Assembly: GCA_031262465.1 (NCBI GenBank)
Contig: JAISHQ010000091.1
Span: forward strand, 3,064 to 67,063
DNA length: 64,000 nt
Reading direction: 5' to 3'
Origin: Rikenellaceae bacterium
Lineage (GTDB): Bacteria > Bacteroidota > Bacteroidia > Bacteroidales > Rikenellaceae
The translations under genes were made by a program, and so were the position numbers. The notes below the pieces were generated by a model. It had not been told where the DNA came from. It was given only the letters and a program-made list of their open reading frames with translations, and did not search any database. This document shows positions 9,309 through 19,352 of this stretch, one piece after another; positions within the stretch are counted from its first letter, which is position 1, and the number at the start of each line of letters is the position of its first letter.

Positions 9309-10442
9309 TTATCTATCCTTGTACATCGCCTCGTAATAACGTTCGTATTCGCCGCTGGTGATGTTGTCCATCCACGCCTGATTGTCGAGATACCAGCGCA
9401 CCGTGCGCTCGATGCCCTCCTCGAATTGCAGGCTCGGCTCCCAACCCAGTTCGGTTTTGAGCTTCGTGGAGTCAATCGCATAGCGCATATCGTGTCCTGC
9501 GCGGTCGGTCACATAAGTGATCAGCTGGTCGCTTGTGCCCTCAGGGTTGCCAAGCAATCGGTCTACCGTTTTGATTATAACCCTTATCAGGTCTATGTTC
9601 TTCCACTCGTTGAACCCGCCGATGTTGTACGTGTCGGCCACTCGGCCCTTGTGGAAAATGAGGTCGATGGCCCGCGCATGGTCTTCGACATAGAGCCAAT
9701 CGCGCACATTTTCGCCCTTACCGTACACGGGCAGGGGTTTGGAGTGACGGATGTTATTGATAAACAGCGGTATCAATTTTTCGGGGAATTGATAAGGGCC
9801 ATAGTTGTTGGAGCAGTTGGTCACCATGGTCGGCAGTCCATAAGTGTCGTGAAAGGCGCGTACAAAGTGGTCGCTGGCCGCTTTTGATGCACTGTACGGG
9901 CTGTGTGGGTCGTATTTGGTGGTTTCGGTGAAAAAAGCATCGCCGAAGGGGCCACCGCCCGGTTCATCGCCACCGGCGAGGTTGGTCAGTTCCAATGCGC
10001 CATAGACTTCGTCGGTCGAGATGTGGTAGAAGCGACAACGCTCGGCATTCTCTGCGGCTTTGTCCAATCCCTCCATTCTGCCCGTTTCAGTCCAATAGGC
10101 TTTGGCCGCCTGCAACATGGAGAGTGTGCCGATCACATTGGTTTGGGCAAAGGTAAACGGGTCTTTGATGCTCCGATCGACGTGGCTTTCGGCGGCAAGA
10201 TGAATCACCCCGTCGATGTCGTACTTGCGGAAAATCGCTAACACTTGTTCAAAGTCGCAGATGTCACACCGTTCGAAGTTATAGTTGGGCTTGTCCTCAA
10301 TATCTGTTAAATTGGCAAGATTACCGGCGTAAGTGAGTTTGTCGAGGTTGACAACGGTATAATCAGGATATTTATTCACAAAAAGGCGCACAACATGGCT
10401 CCCGATAAAGCCTGCACCGCCGGTGATAAGGATGGTTTTCAT
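9309..10442 (-). CDS. rfbB: dTDP-glucose 4,6-dehydratase
   Basis: MKTILITGGAGFIGSH..., YSASKAASDH catalytic motif, typical length. The start at ATG 10442 gives an ATGA overlap with the rfbD stop. Confidence 0.95.
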   Translation of the reverse strand: MKTILITGGAGFIGSHVVRLFVNKYPDYTVVNLDKLTYAGNLANLTDIEDKPNYNFERCDICDFEQVLAIFRKYDIDGVIHLAAESHVDRSIKDPFTFAQTNVIGTLSMLQAAKAYWTETGRMEGLDKAAENAERCRFYHISTDEVYGALELTNLAGGDEPGGGPFGDAFFTETTKYDPHSPYSASKAASDHFVRAFHDTYGLPTMVTNCSNNYGPYQFPEKLIPLFINNIRHSKPLPVYGKGENVRDWLYVEDHARAIDLIFHKGRVADTYNIGGFNEWKNIDLIRVIIKTVDRLLGNPEGTSDQLITYVTDRAGHDMRYAIDSTKLKTELGWEPSLQFEEGIERTVRWYLDNQAWMDNITSGEYERYYEAMYKDR

Positions 10443-11305
10443 AGTAAAGACGAAAGACATTTAGTTAAAGAATCTTCCCAATAAGGAATAGTTATTCCAA
10501 ACGTCTGTTTAATTTTGGTTTTGTCAAGTACCGAATAGGCCGGACGAGTGACCTTGCTCGGAAACTCACTGCTTCGACAAGGCTGAATATCGCAGGCGGT
10601 GTGTCCAGCCCCGCGGGCTATCGCTTGTGCGAAATCGTACCACGAAATTGCCCCTTCGTTGGAATAGTGGTACGTGCCTAGGTTGTCCTCGTAAGAACGC
10701 TTCTCGATAAGGGTGAATATCACTTCGGCCAGATCGCCGGCATAGGTCGGTGTTCCGACTTGATCGACAACCACTTTGATCTGAGGACGGGTGGCTGTCA
10801 GGTTCAACATCGTCTTGACGAAGTTTGCCCCATATTTGGAGTAGAGCCACGCTGTGCGAATAACGATCGCCTTGCAACCGACCCTTTCGATAGCCTCCTC
10901 GCCGTGCAATTTGGTGCGACCATAAGCCCCCGAGGGATTCATCGGCTCGGTCTCGGCAATGGGCGTGTTGTTTTGTGTGCCACCGAAAACATAGTCGGTG
11001 GAGACGTGGAAGAGCACGGCATCGACGGCCTTCGCCGCTTCGGCAAGATGAGCAACTGCTGTGGCATTGAGCAGTTCGGCCAACGGTTCATCGTCTTCGG
11101 CCTTATCGACGTTAGTGTACGCCGCACAATTCACGATGGCCCCGATGTTGTTCGCCGTGACCGCCTGCATAACGGCCTCGCGGTCGGTGATGTCCAATTC
11201 GGCAACATCGGTAAAGATGTAACGGTCGGCACTCTCCGCACTCACGACACGCATCGCGTTGCCTAACTGGCCATTAGCACCGGTAACAAGTATATTCATT
11301 GTCAA
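10439..11305 (-). CDS. rfbD: dTDP-4-dehydrorhamnose reductase
   Basis: 288 aa. MNILVTGANGQLG..., YGRTKLHGE, and typical RmlD length and order within the rfb cluster. Confidence 0.9.
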   Translation of the reverse strand: MTMNILVTGANGQLGNAMRVVSAESADRYIFTDVAELDITDREAVMQAVTANNIGAIVNCAAYTNVDKAEDDEPLAELLNATAVAHLAEAAKAVDAVLFHVSTDYVFGGTQNNTPIAETEPMNPSGAYGRTKLHGEEAIERVGCKAIVIRTAWLYSKYGANFVKTMLNLTATRPQIKVVVDQVGTPTYAGDLAEVIFTLIEKRSYEDNLGTYHYSNEGAISWYDFAQAIARGAGHTACDIQPCRSSEFPSKVTRPAYSVLDKTKIKQTFGITIPYWEDSLTKCLSSLL

Positions 11306-11874
11306 TATAGCTTCGTGTTGTAATCAAACAATTGCGTGGCATCCCTTAGGCGAGCGTTGCGACGGTCTTTTTCGGAGAGGACGATGTCGGTCGAAGGGAT
11401 TTGCCAATCAATTCCCAACTCGGGATCGTCCCACGCCACAGCCCCTTCGGCCTCGGGGTGGTAGAGGTTGTCGCACTTGTATTGAAAAACGGCCTCCGCG
11501 CTCAACACCACAAAGCCGTGAGCCATACCGCGTGGCAGGAAGAATTGGCGGAGGTTCTCTTCGGTCAATTCGCAAGTCACGTACTTGCCGAAGGTCGGCG
11601 ACCCCCGGCGTATATCGACTGCCACGTCCAGAACTCGACCCGCAACAACCCTCACGAGTTTGGATTGAGCGAATGGAGGCAACTGAAAGTGCAAACCCCG
11701 CAGAACACCGTATTTCGACTTGCTCTCGTTGTCCTGAACAAAGTTTATATCGAGTCCCGTTGCTTTTGCAAACGCCTCTTTGTTGTAACTCTCAAAGAAG
11801 TAGCCCCGCTCGTCGCCAAAAACTCGTGGCTCGATAATCAGTACGCCCTCTATTTCGGTTTTGATGACGTTCAT
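11302..11874 (-). CDS. rfbC: dTDP-4-dehydrorhamnose 3,5-epimerase
   Basis: Start set at MNVIKTEIEGVLIIEPRVFGDERGYFFESYN (ATG 11874), the canonical RmlC N-terminus. The upstream 41 codons of ORF 11302..11997 overlap rfbA and were discarded. Confidence 0.9.
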   Translation of the reverse strand: MNVIKTEIEGVLIIEPRVFGDERGYFFESYNKEAFAKATGLDINFVQDNESKSKYGVLRGLHFQLPPFAQSKLVRVVAGRVLDVAVDIRRGSPTFGKYVTCELTEENLRQFFLPRGMAHGFVVLSAEAVFQYKCDNLYHPEAEGAVAWDDPELGIDWQIPSTDIVLSEKDRRNARLRDATQLFDYNTKLY

Positions 11875-11879
11875 TTCTA

Positions 11880-12752
11880 TTATTTTATCAAGTTCAAAAG
11901 ATATTGGCCGTATCCATTTTTTTGCATCGGTTCGGCTATTTTCTGCAACTGCTCCGAGTTTATCCAGCCTTTCCGATAACCGATCTCCTCCAAACAAGCC
12001 ACTTTCAGCCCCTGTCGTTTCTCGATCGCCTCGATGAATGTCGACGCTTCGGAGAGCGAATCGTGGGTGCCCGTATCAAGCCAAGCAAAGCCACGCCCCA
12101 AGGTTTGGAGTTTCAACTCGCCGTCAGCACGGAAACGGTCGTTTACCGTCGTGATTTCCAGCTCGCCACGCGCCGAGGGCTTGATATTCTTGGCCACTTC
12201 GACCACCTTGTTGGGGTAGAAATATAGGCCAACGACCGCATAGTTGCTTTTCGGTTCTTTGGGCTTTTCTTCGAGGCTTATCACATTGTTATTCTCATCA
12301 ACCTCCGCCACACCATAGCGCTCGGGGTCGGAAACCTGATAGCCGAAGATGGTCGCTTTTTGTTCCTGCTGGGCAGTTTCGACCGCCTTTTTCAACATTT
12401 CTGTAAAGCCTTGACCATAAAAAATATTGTCGCCCAAAACAAGGCAAGCACAATCGTTGCCGATAAACTCCTCGCCGATGATAAACGCTTGTGCTAGACC
12501 GTCGGGGGAGGGTTGTTCGGCATATTCAAAGCGCACACCGCAATCGGAACCGTCGCCCAACAGCCGTTTAAAACCGGGCAAGTCGTGAGGGGTGGAAATA
12601 ATCAATATCTCCCGTATTCCGGCCAGCATCAGCACCGAAATCGGGTAGTAAATCATCGGTTTGTCGTAAATGGGCAACAACTGCTTGCTTACCCCTTTGG
12701 TGATGGGATAGAGCCGCGTACCGCTTCCTCCCGCCAGAACTATGCCTTTCAT
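11880..12752 (-). CDS. rfbA: Glucose-1-phosphate thymidylyltransferase
   Basis: [37 protein letters not shown] is the canonical RmlA N-terminus. 290 aa. Confidence 0.95.
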   Translation of the reverse strand: MKGIVLAGGSGTRLYPITKGVSKQLLPIYDKPMIYYPISVLMLAGIREILIISTPHDLPGFKRLLGDGSDCGVRFEYAEQPSPDGLAQAFIIGEEFIGNDCACLVLGDNIFYGQGFTEMLKKAVETAQQEQKATIFGYQVSDPERYGVAEVDENNNVISLEEKPKEPKSNYAVVGLYFYPNKVVEVAKNIKPSARGELEITTVNDRFRADGELKLQTLGRGFAWLDTGTHDSLSEASTFIEAIEKRQGLKVACLEEIGYRKGWINSEQLQKIAEPMQKNGYGQYLLNLIK

Positions 12753-12777
12753 ATCGTGTTAAAATTTTGATTTTTTA

Positions 12778-13170
12778 TCAACGCATCATGGTGTCTTCCG
12801 GCGCAATCGGAGTGTATGAGCCATCCTTGACCTCAAAAATCACCGCCGGTTCGCGGACTTCGAGTGTGTGCTATGTCCCTTTCGGAATGTGTACGCCGAA
12901 TTGGCCTTGGAGCGGATCGAGATAGATGCGTTCTATCTCTCTGCCCGTCTCGTCATAGAACATCACATCAAGCTGTCCACGAAGCAAGACATAAGTTTCT
13001 GCCGTATGAAGATGCCTGTGGATCGGCAGAACCGTACCCACTTCGAGCGCATTGAGCATTCGTTGAGCCTTGGCATCGAGCGATTCGTGGAAATTGTAAT
13101 TCATGCGCAGGCGCGGACTCGCTTTCGCCTGTTCTGCCACCTTGTTCAACAAGTTCTCGTCGATAACCAT
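12778..13170 (-). pseudogene. wbuC: WbuC-family cupin, interrupted by an in-frame TAG
   Basis: ORF 12871..13170 (99 aa, ...LPIHRHLHTAETYVLLRG...GVHIPKGT) stops at TAG (12873..12871). The same frame continues HTLEVREPAVIFEVKDGSYTPIAPEDTMMR to TGA at 12780..12778. The two pieces together make about 130 aa, which is full cupin/WbuC length. Confidence 0.6.
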
Positions 13171-13171
13171 G

Positions 13172-14149
13172 CTATTGTTTAGCCTTTAAATACGCTTCGT
13201 GCAAGTGATAGTTCCTTTTCATAAAAGCAAGGTATGCCGCACACAAAACCACCAACACGACAACCATATAGAGCCAATGGCTAACCGGCAACCAAATCAA
13301 GCCGAACGACACGACCAACTGCATCGCCATAAAAATCGAAGAAACCGTGATATGCGACATCCTCAGTTCGTTGGCCATCAGCTGATAGGCGTGTTTTCGG
13401 TGTGCCTGGCCAAGCGGTTCTTTCAGCATGATGCGGTGAATGATGGTCAAAATCGAATCGACCCCATAAATGGCTAAAAAAAGGATGTACGTAAAATCGC
13501 CTGTGGTAAGAATCAATCGACCCAGCAGGAAAATGAGGATAAAAGCGATGCTGATCGCTCCGACATCGCCCGCAAAGCATTTTGCCTGTTTGCGAAAATT
13601 GAAAAAACAGAATACCAACAGGCTCAAACCGACCACATAGAGCAGGCTCATCTCGATAAACGGCATCCGGCTATTGATGTAAATCAACGGAATGAGCACG
13701 GCCAACGAATAGCCTCCTGTAATGCCGTTGACACCATCCATGAAATTATAGGCATTGATGATGCCCACACCAACAACCAAGGCCACAAGGATGATCCACC
13801 AGCTTTCGATATTCAGGATGCCGAACTGATAGAACATCATAAACATCGCGGCAAACTGAACGACGAGCCGAGCAGAATTGGGCACGGAGCGCGCGTCGTC
13901 GATAAAGCTAATCACCGAAATCGCCGTCAATCCGGCCAAAAACCACGGGTAATGCACCCCGAAAAAGGCGGCCCAAAGCCATGCCCCGAGGAGAAATATA
14001 ACACCTCCGCCCCGCAGGGTGATATGCGAGTGCGAACTGCGCAAATTGGGCTTGTCTATAATATCAAACCGATCCGCAATCCGAAAATAGAGCAGCTCAA
14101 GCAAGACTAACAGAATGGTTATGAGGGCGTAAAGAAGGAAGATATTCAT
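13172..14149 (-). CDS. Glycosyltransferase family 4: undecaprenyl-phosphate HexNAc-1-phosphate transferase (WecA/WbpL/MraY family)
   Basis: 325 aa and polytopic. FRIADRFDIIDKPNLRSSHSHITLRGGGV and NAYNFMDGVNG are hallmark motifs of polyprenyl-phosphate N-acetylhexosamine-1-P transferases. Confidence 0.85.
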   Translation of the reverse strand: MNIFLLYALITILLVLLELLYFRIADRFDIIDKPNLRSSHSHITLRGGGVIFLLGAWLWAAFFGVHYPWFLAGLTAISVISFIDDARSVPNSARLVVQFAAMFMMFYQFGILNIESWWIILVALVVGVGIINAYNFMDGVNGITGGYSLAVLIPLIYINSRMPFIEMSLLYVVGLSLLVFCFFNFRKQAKCFAGDVGAISIAFILIFLLGRLILTTGDFTYILFLAIYGVDSILTIIHRIMLKEPLGQAHRKHAYQLMANELRMSHITVSSIFMAMQLVVSFGLIWLPVSHWLYMVVVLVVLCAAYLAFMKRNYHLHEAYLKAKQ

Positions 14150-14173
14150 CGTATATCGTTTAACAACGACTGT

Positions 14174-15130
14174 CTATTGGACTGTTTTGAAACTTCGGAT
14201 TGTTTTGGCAAGGCCGTCTTGTGCTCGGACAGGCATTCGATCTATGCCAAGAGCCTGTTTGATTTTCGCATTCGACACGACATAGTTTTCGGTCAGTTTA
14301 TCCAGCCTGAACGTGTTGAGAGGCAAATGCAATTTATCACCTATGCGTGCACAAGCAACAATAAACTTTTTCGACAAGTGCCAGATATGTGCCTTGCGAC
14401 CGAGTGCATGGCATATCACCTCAATCAATTCGTTGGTAGATGTTGCTTCGTCATCAGCCATGTTGTAGATTCCGCTTGGGATGGATTTGTCAAGCATACC
14501 ATCTATCACGAAACACAGATTGTCTATTGAGGTAAACGTGCGACGATTATCAAACTTGCCAAGTGGCCAAGGAATACCCTTACTCACAACGGCATAGAGC
14601 AGATTCAAATTGCCCTTATTGCCCGGCCCGTGAATCATACTTGGGCGAAGAATCGCCACTTGCCTATTCTCGTACAATTCGGGGTTAGCCGCCATTTGTG
14701 CTTGAATGTATTGCTCGGCTTTGAGCTTACTCTCACCATAAAGCCCTGCAGGGCAAGTTTCCGCATCTTCAGTCAGCATATTGCCTTTTACTTTATCAAC
14801 AGTAGCGCAGGTACTAAAAAAGATGAACTTCTTGATTTCGGAATGAGCTGAGAAATAGTCAAATATCTTTTGCGTCAAGCCCGTATTGATGTCGAAGTAT
14901 ATTTGTGATTCCGATTTTTTGCCCGTTTCGTGAACAATACCTGCCAAGTGGATGATTGCATCCACCGTCGGAATTTTGTTATCTTCTAAGTCTGCCCATG
15001 AAAAGGTCTTTTCTACACCATCTTTCTCAGGTGCAACAATGTCAATTCCGTATATTTTATGCTTAGGCGCAAGAGTACCCACTAAATTGCTCCCCACAAA
15101 ACCGTGAATACCAGTGATAAGTATATTCAT
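14174..15130 (-). CDS. NAD-dependent epimerase/dehydratase family protein (likely UDP-4-keto-6-deoxy-HexNAc 4-reductase or 4-epimerase)
   Basis: Start at MNILITGIHGFVGSNL (ATG 15130). Has a Rossmann GxxGxxG and the YGESKLKAE catalytic YxxxK. It is adjacent to the WbpL-like gene, as in WbpK/WbpV-type loci. Confidence 0.8.
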   Translation of the reverse strand: MNILITGIHGFVGSNLVGTLAPKHKIYGIDIVAPEKDGVEKTFSWADLEDNKIPTVDAIIHLAGIVHETGKKSESQIYFDINTGLTQKIFDYFSAHSEIKKFIFFSTCATVDKVKGNMLTEDAETCPAGLYGESKLKAEQYIQAQMAANPELYENRQVAILRPSMIHGPGNKGNLNLLYAVVSKGIPWPLGKFDNRRTFTSIDNLCFVIDGMLDKSIPSGIYNMADDEATSTNELIEVICHALGRKAHIWHLSKKFIVACARIGDKLHLPLNTFRLDKLTENYVVSNAKIKQALGIDRMPVRAQDGLAKTIRSFKTVQ

Positions 15131-15131
15131 A

Positions 15132-15971
15132 TTACACCTTGATAGTTTTAACATTCGACCAGTTGATCATTTTATCAGCGACCTCGATGTTTACAAACTC
15201 AAAGTCATCTATATATCTCAAAAATTTATTATATGCGCTCTTATGCCCAATACTATTCTTCCATCTGCGGATTCTTGGCAACCAGTCCATATCTGGATTC
15301 TCAGGATCGAAATCACTCGGATGGAAATAGGTCATCACATAATCAGACTGTTTCGTGAATTTTTTAATCAACCAATAGGGAAATAATCTAAAATATCCTC
15401 CTCCAGAATATACAACCTGTTTGTTCAAAAGTGGCATGGGAGAAATAGGATATTCTTTCAATCTATATCCGTTATGTTCTATGATAGACGGTTCTGCGGA
15501 GCCATACGATGGCATACCACCATAATCACGTGTTGTAGGAAATATCGAACAATCAGTTGTGAATCCCAGTTCGGCCAAAACATCTATACAAAACAAATTC
15601 GATTCGGTAATTGAAAACGAAGGTGCTCTGAATAGAGCAATTTGGTGACCAACCACATCTTCAATGGCATTTTTAGCACGAATCGTATCCTCACGAAATT
15701 GCGCTTCGGTAAAATAGGATGCCAATTCATGTTGATATGAATGACAGCCTATCTGATGACCTTGGCCGGCAATATCTCGAATAATTTGAGGATGTTTTTC
15801 TGCAACCCAACCCAAACAAAAAAATGTAGCTTTGAGGTGACGCTCATCAAGGGCTAAAAGTATCTTTTCTACCCCTTTATATATCCGAACCTCATAATCA
15901 TCCCAATTAAGATTTCGGCTAATAGTGTCATAACAATACCAATCCTCTATGTCAAATGTCAGAATGTTCAT
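15132..15971 (-). CDS. Polysaccharide deacetylase family protein
   Basis: Start at MNILTFDIEDWY (ATG 15971). TFDIEDW, ATFFCLGWVAEKHP and IGCHSYQH are NodB/CE4-like deacetylase motifs. Confidence 0.75.
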   Translation of the reverse strand: MNILTFDIEDWYCYDTISRNLNWDDYEVRIYKGVEKILLALDERHLKATFFCLGWVAEKHPQIIRDIAGQGHQIGCHSYQHELASYFTEAQFREDTIRAKNAIEDVVGHQIALFRAPSFSITESNLFCIDVLAELGFTTDCSIFPTTRDYGGMPSYGSAEPSIIEHNGYRLKEYPISPMPLLNKQVVYSGGGYFRLFPYWLIKKFTKQSDYVMTYFHPSDFDPENPDMDWLPRIRRWKNSIGHKSAYNKFLRYIDDFEFVNIEVADKMINWSNVKTIKV

Positions 15972-16551
15972 TATCTTGTTTTTGAGGAATATGTTTAACA
16001 ACTTTTGCAGGACGACCTGTGGCAATGGTCCACGCAGGAATATCTTTGGTTACCAACGAGCCTGCCCCAACAACGGCGCCTTCTCCCACTGTAACACCAG
16101 ACATCACAAGCGAACCTGTTCCAATAGCACAATTCTTACACAGATGAATTTTCCCATATTTATAAGGTTGCATTCCATATATGTCGCCTTTTGTATAATT
16201 AGATAAGTCTTTTTTATGACAAAGCAGACGCACATCACCCGCTATATGCACACCGTCTTCAATAATTAATAAGTCCGAGTGATTTAAATCAACGCGTACA
16301 TAATCACCAACAAACACACCTCGTCCAACTTTTGCACCTAATTTACGTAAAGTTGCAGGGCGTAGTTTCCTCGGATTAAATGGCTCTATGATAGACCAAT
16401 TCATTGAATTGATGAGCAACCGATGATACCAATTCATAAAGAATTGTTTGACGACCCTCCAAATAGAGATGTCTCCATAATCCTCAACAGGATAATTAAA
16501 CCCGAGAGCACGCAACAATTTGAATGTGGTACTTAACTTTTTCTGCTCCAC
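15952..16551 (-). CDS. Hexapeptide-repeat (left-handed beta-helix) O-acetyltransferase
   Basis: 199 aa. The C-terminal half has hexapeptide repeats (IHLCKNCAIGTGSLVMSGVTVGEGAVVGAGSLVTKDIP). Confidence 0.8.
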   Translation of the reverse strand: MEQKKLSTTFKLLRALGFNYPVEDYGDISIWRVVKQFFMNWYHRLLINSMNWSIIEPFNPRKLRPATLRKLGAKVGRGVFVGDYVRVDLNHSDLLIIEDGVHIAGDVRLLCHKKDLSNYTKGDIYGMQPYKYGKIHLCKNCAIGTGSLVMSGVTVGEGAVVGAGSLVTKDIPAWTIATGRPAKVVKHIPQKQDNEHSDI

Positions 16552-17376
16552 TTATTTAATAATATTCTCTGGATCAAAAATATGGCGATTCACCTTCTTT
16601 CTATAAGAATCGAAAAACCATCCCCATTTATTGAAATACCTAATACCGTTCACAATGCCTATTTTAAGTATTTTTTTATCTTTCTTATGCTCTCCATTGT
16701 ACTCATGGATAATTGAAACTTTGGGATAATAAACGTTCCATGCGACCTTGTGTATTCTTCGCAATAAGTCAAAATCCTCAAAATACATAAAATACCGTTC
16801 GTCGAATAACCCTACTTTTTTAAGTGTCTCAACCCGCATGAACATAAAACATCCTGATAGTATGGGTACGTTTCTAATCTCATCATCTTCGTTGATTGAT
16901 GACAAGTGGTATTTATCTGTTTTTTTCTTGGCAAATCGAGATTGTAAGAACCTTGACCCAAAAATATCCATAGGATAAGGTAGTCTTTTGCATATTGGTC
17001 TCAATTTACCATCTACCCCATATGTTCTTGGAATGACATATCCTGCATTAGGGTATTTATCCATAAATGCACGCAAAGAGTCTATAACGTTTGGTTCAAA
17101 CTTTATATCAGGATTTAATACAATATGATATTTCGCTTCATCCGCAATGGATTTACGGATGGCAATGTTGTGCCCCGCGCCATACCCGACATTACCTTGC
17201 CCGTATATGTACTCTATTTTTGAAGATGGATATTGTAGAACGAACGACTTTAGTTCATCAGTTGGCGAGTTGTCCACAATGAATGTCTTGTCTATAATAG
17301 AATTCAAGACGCAATCGAGAATGGTTTTTAACATATCTCGATCGGTTCTATACAGTACGATTGATGAGTATATCAT
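16552..17376 (-). CDS. Glycosyltransferase family 2
   Basis: 274 aa. SIVLYRTD...FIVDNSPTD, a DxD-like FEDFD, and GT2 fold length. Confidence 0.8.
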   Translation of the reverse strand: MIYSSIVLYRTDRDMLKTILDCVLNSIIDKTFIVDNSPTDELKSFVLQYPSSKIEYIYGQGNVGYGAGHNIAIRKSIADEAKYHIVLNPDIKFEPNVIDSLRAFMDKYPNAGYVIPRTYGVDGKLRPICKRLPYPMDIFGSRFLQSRFAKKKTDKYHLSSINEDDEIRNVPILSGCFMFMRVETLKKVGLFDERYFMYFEDFDLLRRIHKVAWNVYYPKVSIIHEYNGEHKKDKKILKIGIVNGIRYFNKWGWFFDSYRKKVNRHIFDPENIIK

Positions 17377-17412
17377 TTTTCAAAGTTTAAATACAGAAAC
17401 TATTAATTTGAT

Positions 17413-18522
17413 CTACTTTATGATTTTGGCATAAACCTCATTAAAGAAGTTTGAAACCTCGTCTTTGTACTTTTCATTCCAAAGTTTTTTGGCGTTTTGC
17501 CCTTTCTCTTTTATTGATTTATCATCAATAGAACGCAACAAGCGAGTTAGCTCTTCTATGTTTTCCTCGATTACCCACCCTATATTATTCTCTACAACCC
17601 TTTTTTCGGGTAGTGTGCCCTTTGTCGTTATGACTGGTTTACCTAAGAACATTGCTTCATAATGTTTATTAGGAGCGGCATGGATATGGTTAAGATTGTC
17701 TTTGCAATACATTGCGTAAATAATATCTGCACTGTTTGACATTTGTAATCCATCTTCCCTTGTTTTCATCCGCCCAAAATATCTAAAATTTGGAAGTTTA
17801 TTTAATTCTTGGCACAGAGCTTCCCTATCAGCCGATCCGCAACCTCCTACAAGCATATTAAACTTTTCGGTTCGTGCTAAATTGAATACTTCATCAAGAT
17901 ACCTGCTTTCAACAAGTCCACCAAAATAAACGAGTGTCGGCCAATCATTATCAAATTTATACTTGTCATTAGCTTCATTAATAATAAGGCTTTCGCTTTC
18001 ATTTATTTCTGGAATATTTCGAAGGACAAGTGGCTTTTGTTTTATTTTAAAAGATATTTGTTCTTCGCGTTCAGGTTCACAGATGATGATATTGTTTGCC
18101 CATTTACAAGTAAACTTTTCCATAACATGGGAAATTCGGCGAGCAAATCTCCTATGGGCAAAATTCGCACTAAACCAATCGCCTACGTCAAAAATCACAT
18201 TGAGATTCTTGTTGTGAATACGCTTATATAATGCTGCGGGAAAGGCAGTATTCAAGTCACATGCATGAATAGTAGTCGCGGCAGGATGAGCTTTGATGTA
18301 TTTATATACAAAAATCATCCAACGCGTATTATTTATTATTCCCTTTATACCGCCGACTGAAAAACCTGCTTTAAATCTAAAGTAATCATAATGCTCCTTT
18401 GGAGGTACCTCATCTTTTCTGTCCCATTCGATTATGGTATAATCAATATTGTTTCTTTGGTAAAAATTCACGTATTTAAGGACGCGGGAATCAAAAATAA
18501 TGGATCGAAATAGTAGAATCAT
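17413..18522 (-). CDS. Glycosyltransferase (GT-B fold, GT4/GT1-like)
   Basis: 369 aa. The C-terminal region (...NKHYEAMFLGKPVITTKGT...) resembles the EX7E region of retaining GT4 enzymes. Assignment is from general pattern only. Confidence 0.65.
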   Translation of the reverse strand: MILLFRSIIFDSRVLKYVNFYQRNNIDYTIIEWDRKDEVPPKEHYDYFRFKAGFSVGGIKGIINNTRWMIFVYKYIKAHPAATTIHACDLNTAFPAALYKRIHNKNLNVIFDVGDWFSANFAHRRFARRISHVMEKFTCKWANNIIICEPEREEQISFKIKQKPLVLRNIPEINESESLIINEANDKYKFDNDWPTLVYFGGLVESRYLDEVFNLARTEKFNMLVGGCGSADREALCQELNKLPNFRYFGRMKTREDGLQMSNSADIIYAMYCKDNLNHIHAAPNKHYEAMFLGKPVITTKGTLPEKRVVENNIGWVIEENIEELTRLLRSIDDKSIKEKGQNAKKLWNEKYKDEVSNFFNEVYAKIIK

Positions 18523-18631
18523 TGTTTTGTTGTTTTATTGTTTTACTGGTTTTTAGGCTCTATGAATGATAACATCCTCTTCACCCTTTCCTTTATGGTA
18601 AGTTCTTGAGCGAAAAAAGGTAAGGTCAATT

Positions 18632-19348
18632 TCAAACAAACAGAGAAGGTAGCTCCTGATTTGCTTTATGGAAATCTTCAGGGATGCCTATATCAATGAA
18701 GTATCCATCCTGCACTACACCAAATAGCTGATGGTGGTAACATTGTGGCTCGAGAACAGCCGTCTCAAATGAAAATTTATCTCCAAGTCCTTCAAAGATA
18801 TGAGGATCATTGTTGATGATATACACTCCACCATTAATTAATCCTTCCTCGCAATATTTCTTTTCATTGAAACTAAGAATCGTCCCAGCCTTAGCATCAT
18901 TGTCGATACACACTGTACCATAACGTTCAAACCGCGTCATTAATTTTAATGCCATGGTAATGTTTTTTTTGTTAGTATGGTGAGTAGTATACAACTCCAT
19001 CAAATCTACATCAAAAAAAGTATCACCGTTAAGTACAAAAACGTGTTCGTCATTCGCCTTATTCAAGGCAAGTTTTATGGCACCACCTGTCCCAAGAGGC
19101 TGTTCCTCTACCGCATAATCAAACTCGAAGGGGAATGTACCCTTGACTTGATCGATCCACTCAAAAATCACCTCTCGTAAATAACCAACAGAAAGGATCA
19201 CACGAGATATTTGATCGTATTTACTAAGATATTTCAACAAATACCACATAAATGGTTTTCCTGCAATAGGAGCCATACTTTTGGGTACATCTTTCACATC
19301 AGAGCGCAAGCGAGTTCCAAGACCACCTGCAAGTATTATCACTTCCAT
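18632..19348 (-). CDS. hddC: D-glycero-alpha-D-manno-heptose 1-phosphate guanylyltransferase (sugar-phosphate nucleotidyltransferase)
   Basis: MEVIILAGGLGTRLRS...VPKSMAPIAGKPF is the NTP-transferase signature. 238 aa, and the last gene of the gmhA/hddA/gmhB cassette. Confidence 0.75.
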   Translation of the reverse strand: MEVIILAGGLGTRLRSDVKDVPKSMAPIAGKPFMWYLLKYLSKYDQISRVILSVGYLREVIFEWIDQVKGTFPFEFDYAVEEQPLGTGGAIKLALNKANDEHVFVLNGDTFFDVDLMELYTTHHTNKKNITMALKLMTRFERYGTVCIDNDAKAGTILSFNEKKYCEEGLINGGVYIINNDPHIFEGLGDKFSFETAVLEPQCYHHQLFGVVQDGYFIDIGIPEDFHKANQELPSLFV

Positions 19349-19352
19349 AATA

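Noticed and set aside
11875-11997. A 41-codon extension of rfbC, and similar short extensions of rfbB (10443..10460), the epimerase (15131..15154), the deacetylase (15972..16025), GT2 (2034..2072) and the PRTase (40905..40949).
   Set aside because: The family-typical N-termini begin at internal Met codons that sit at or overlap the upstream stop codon (ATGA-type coupling). The extensions overlap the preceding genes.
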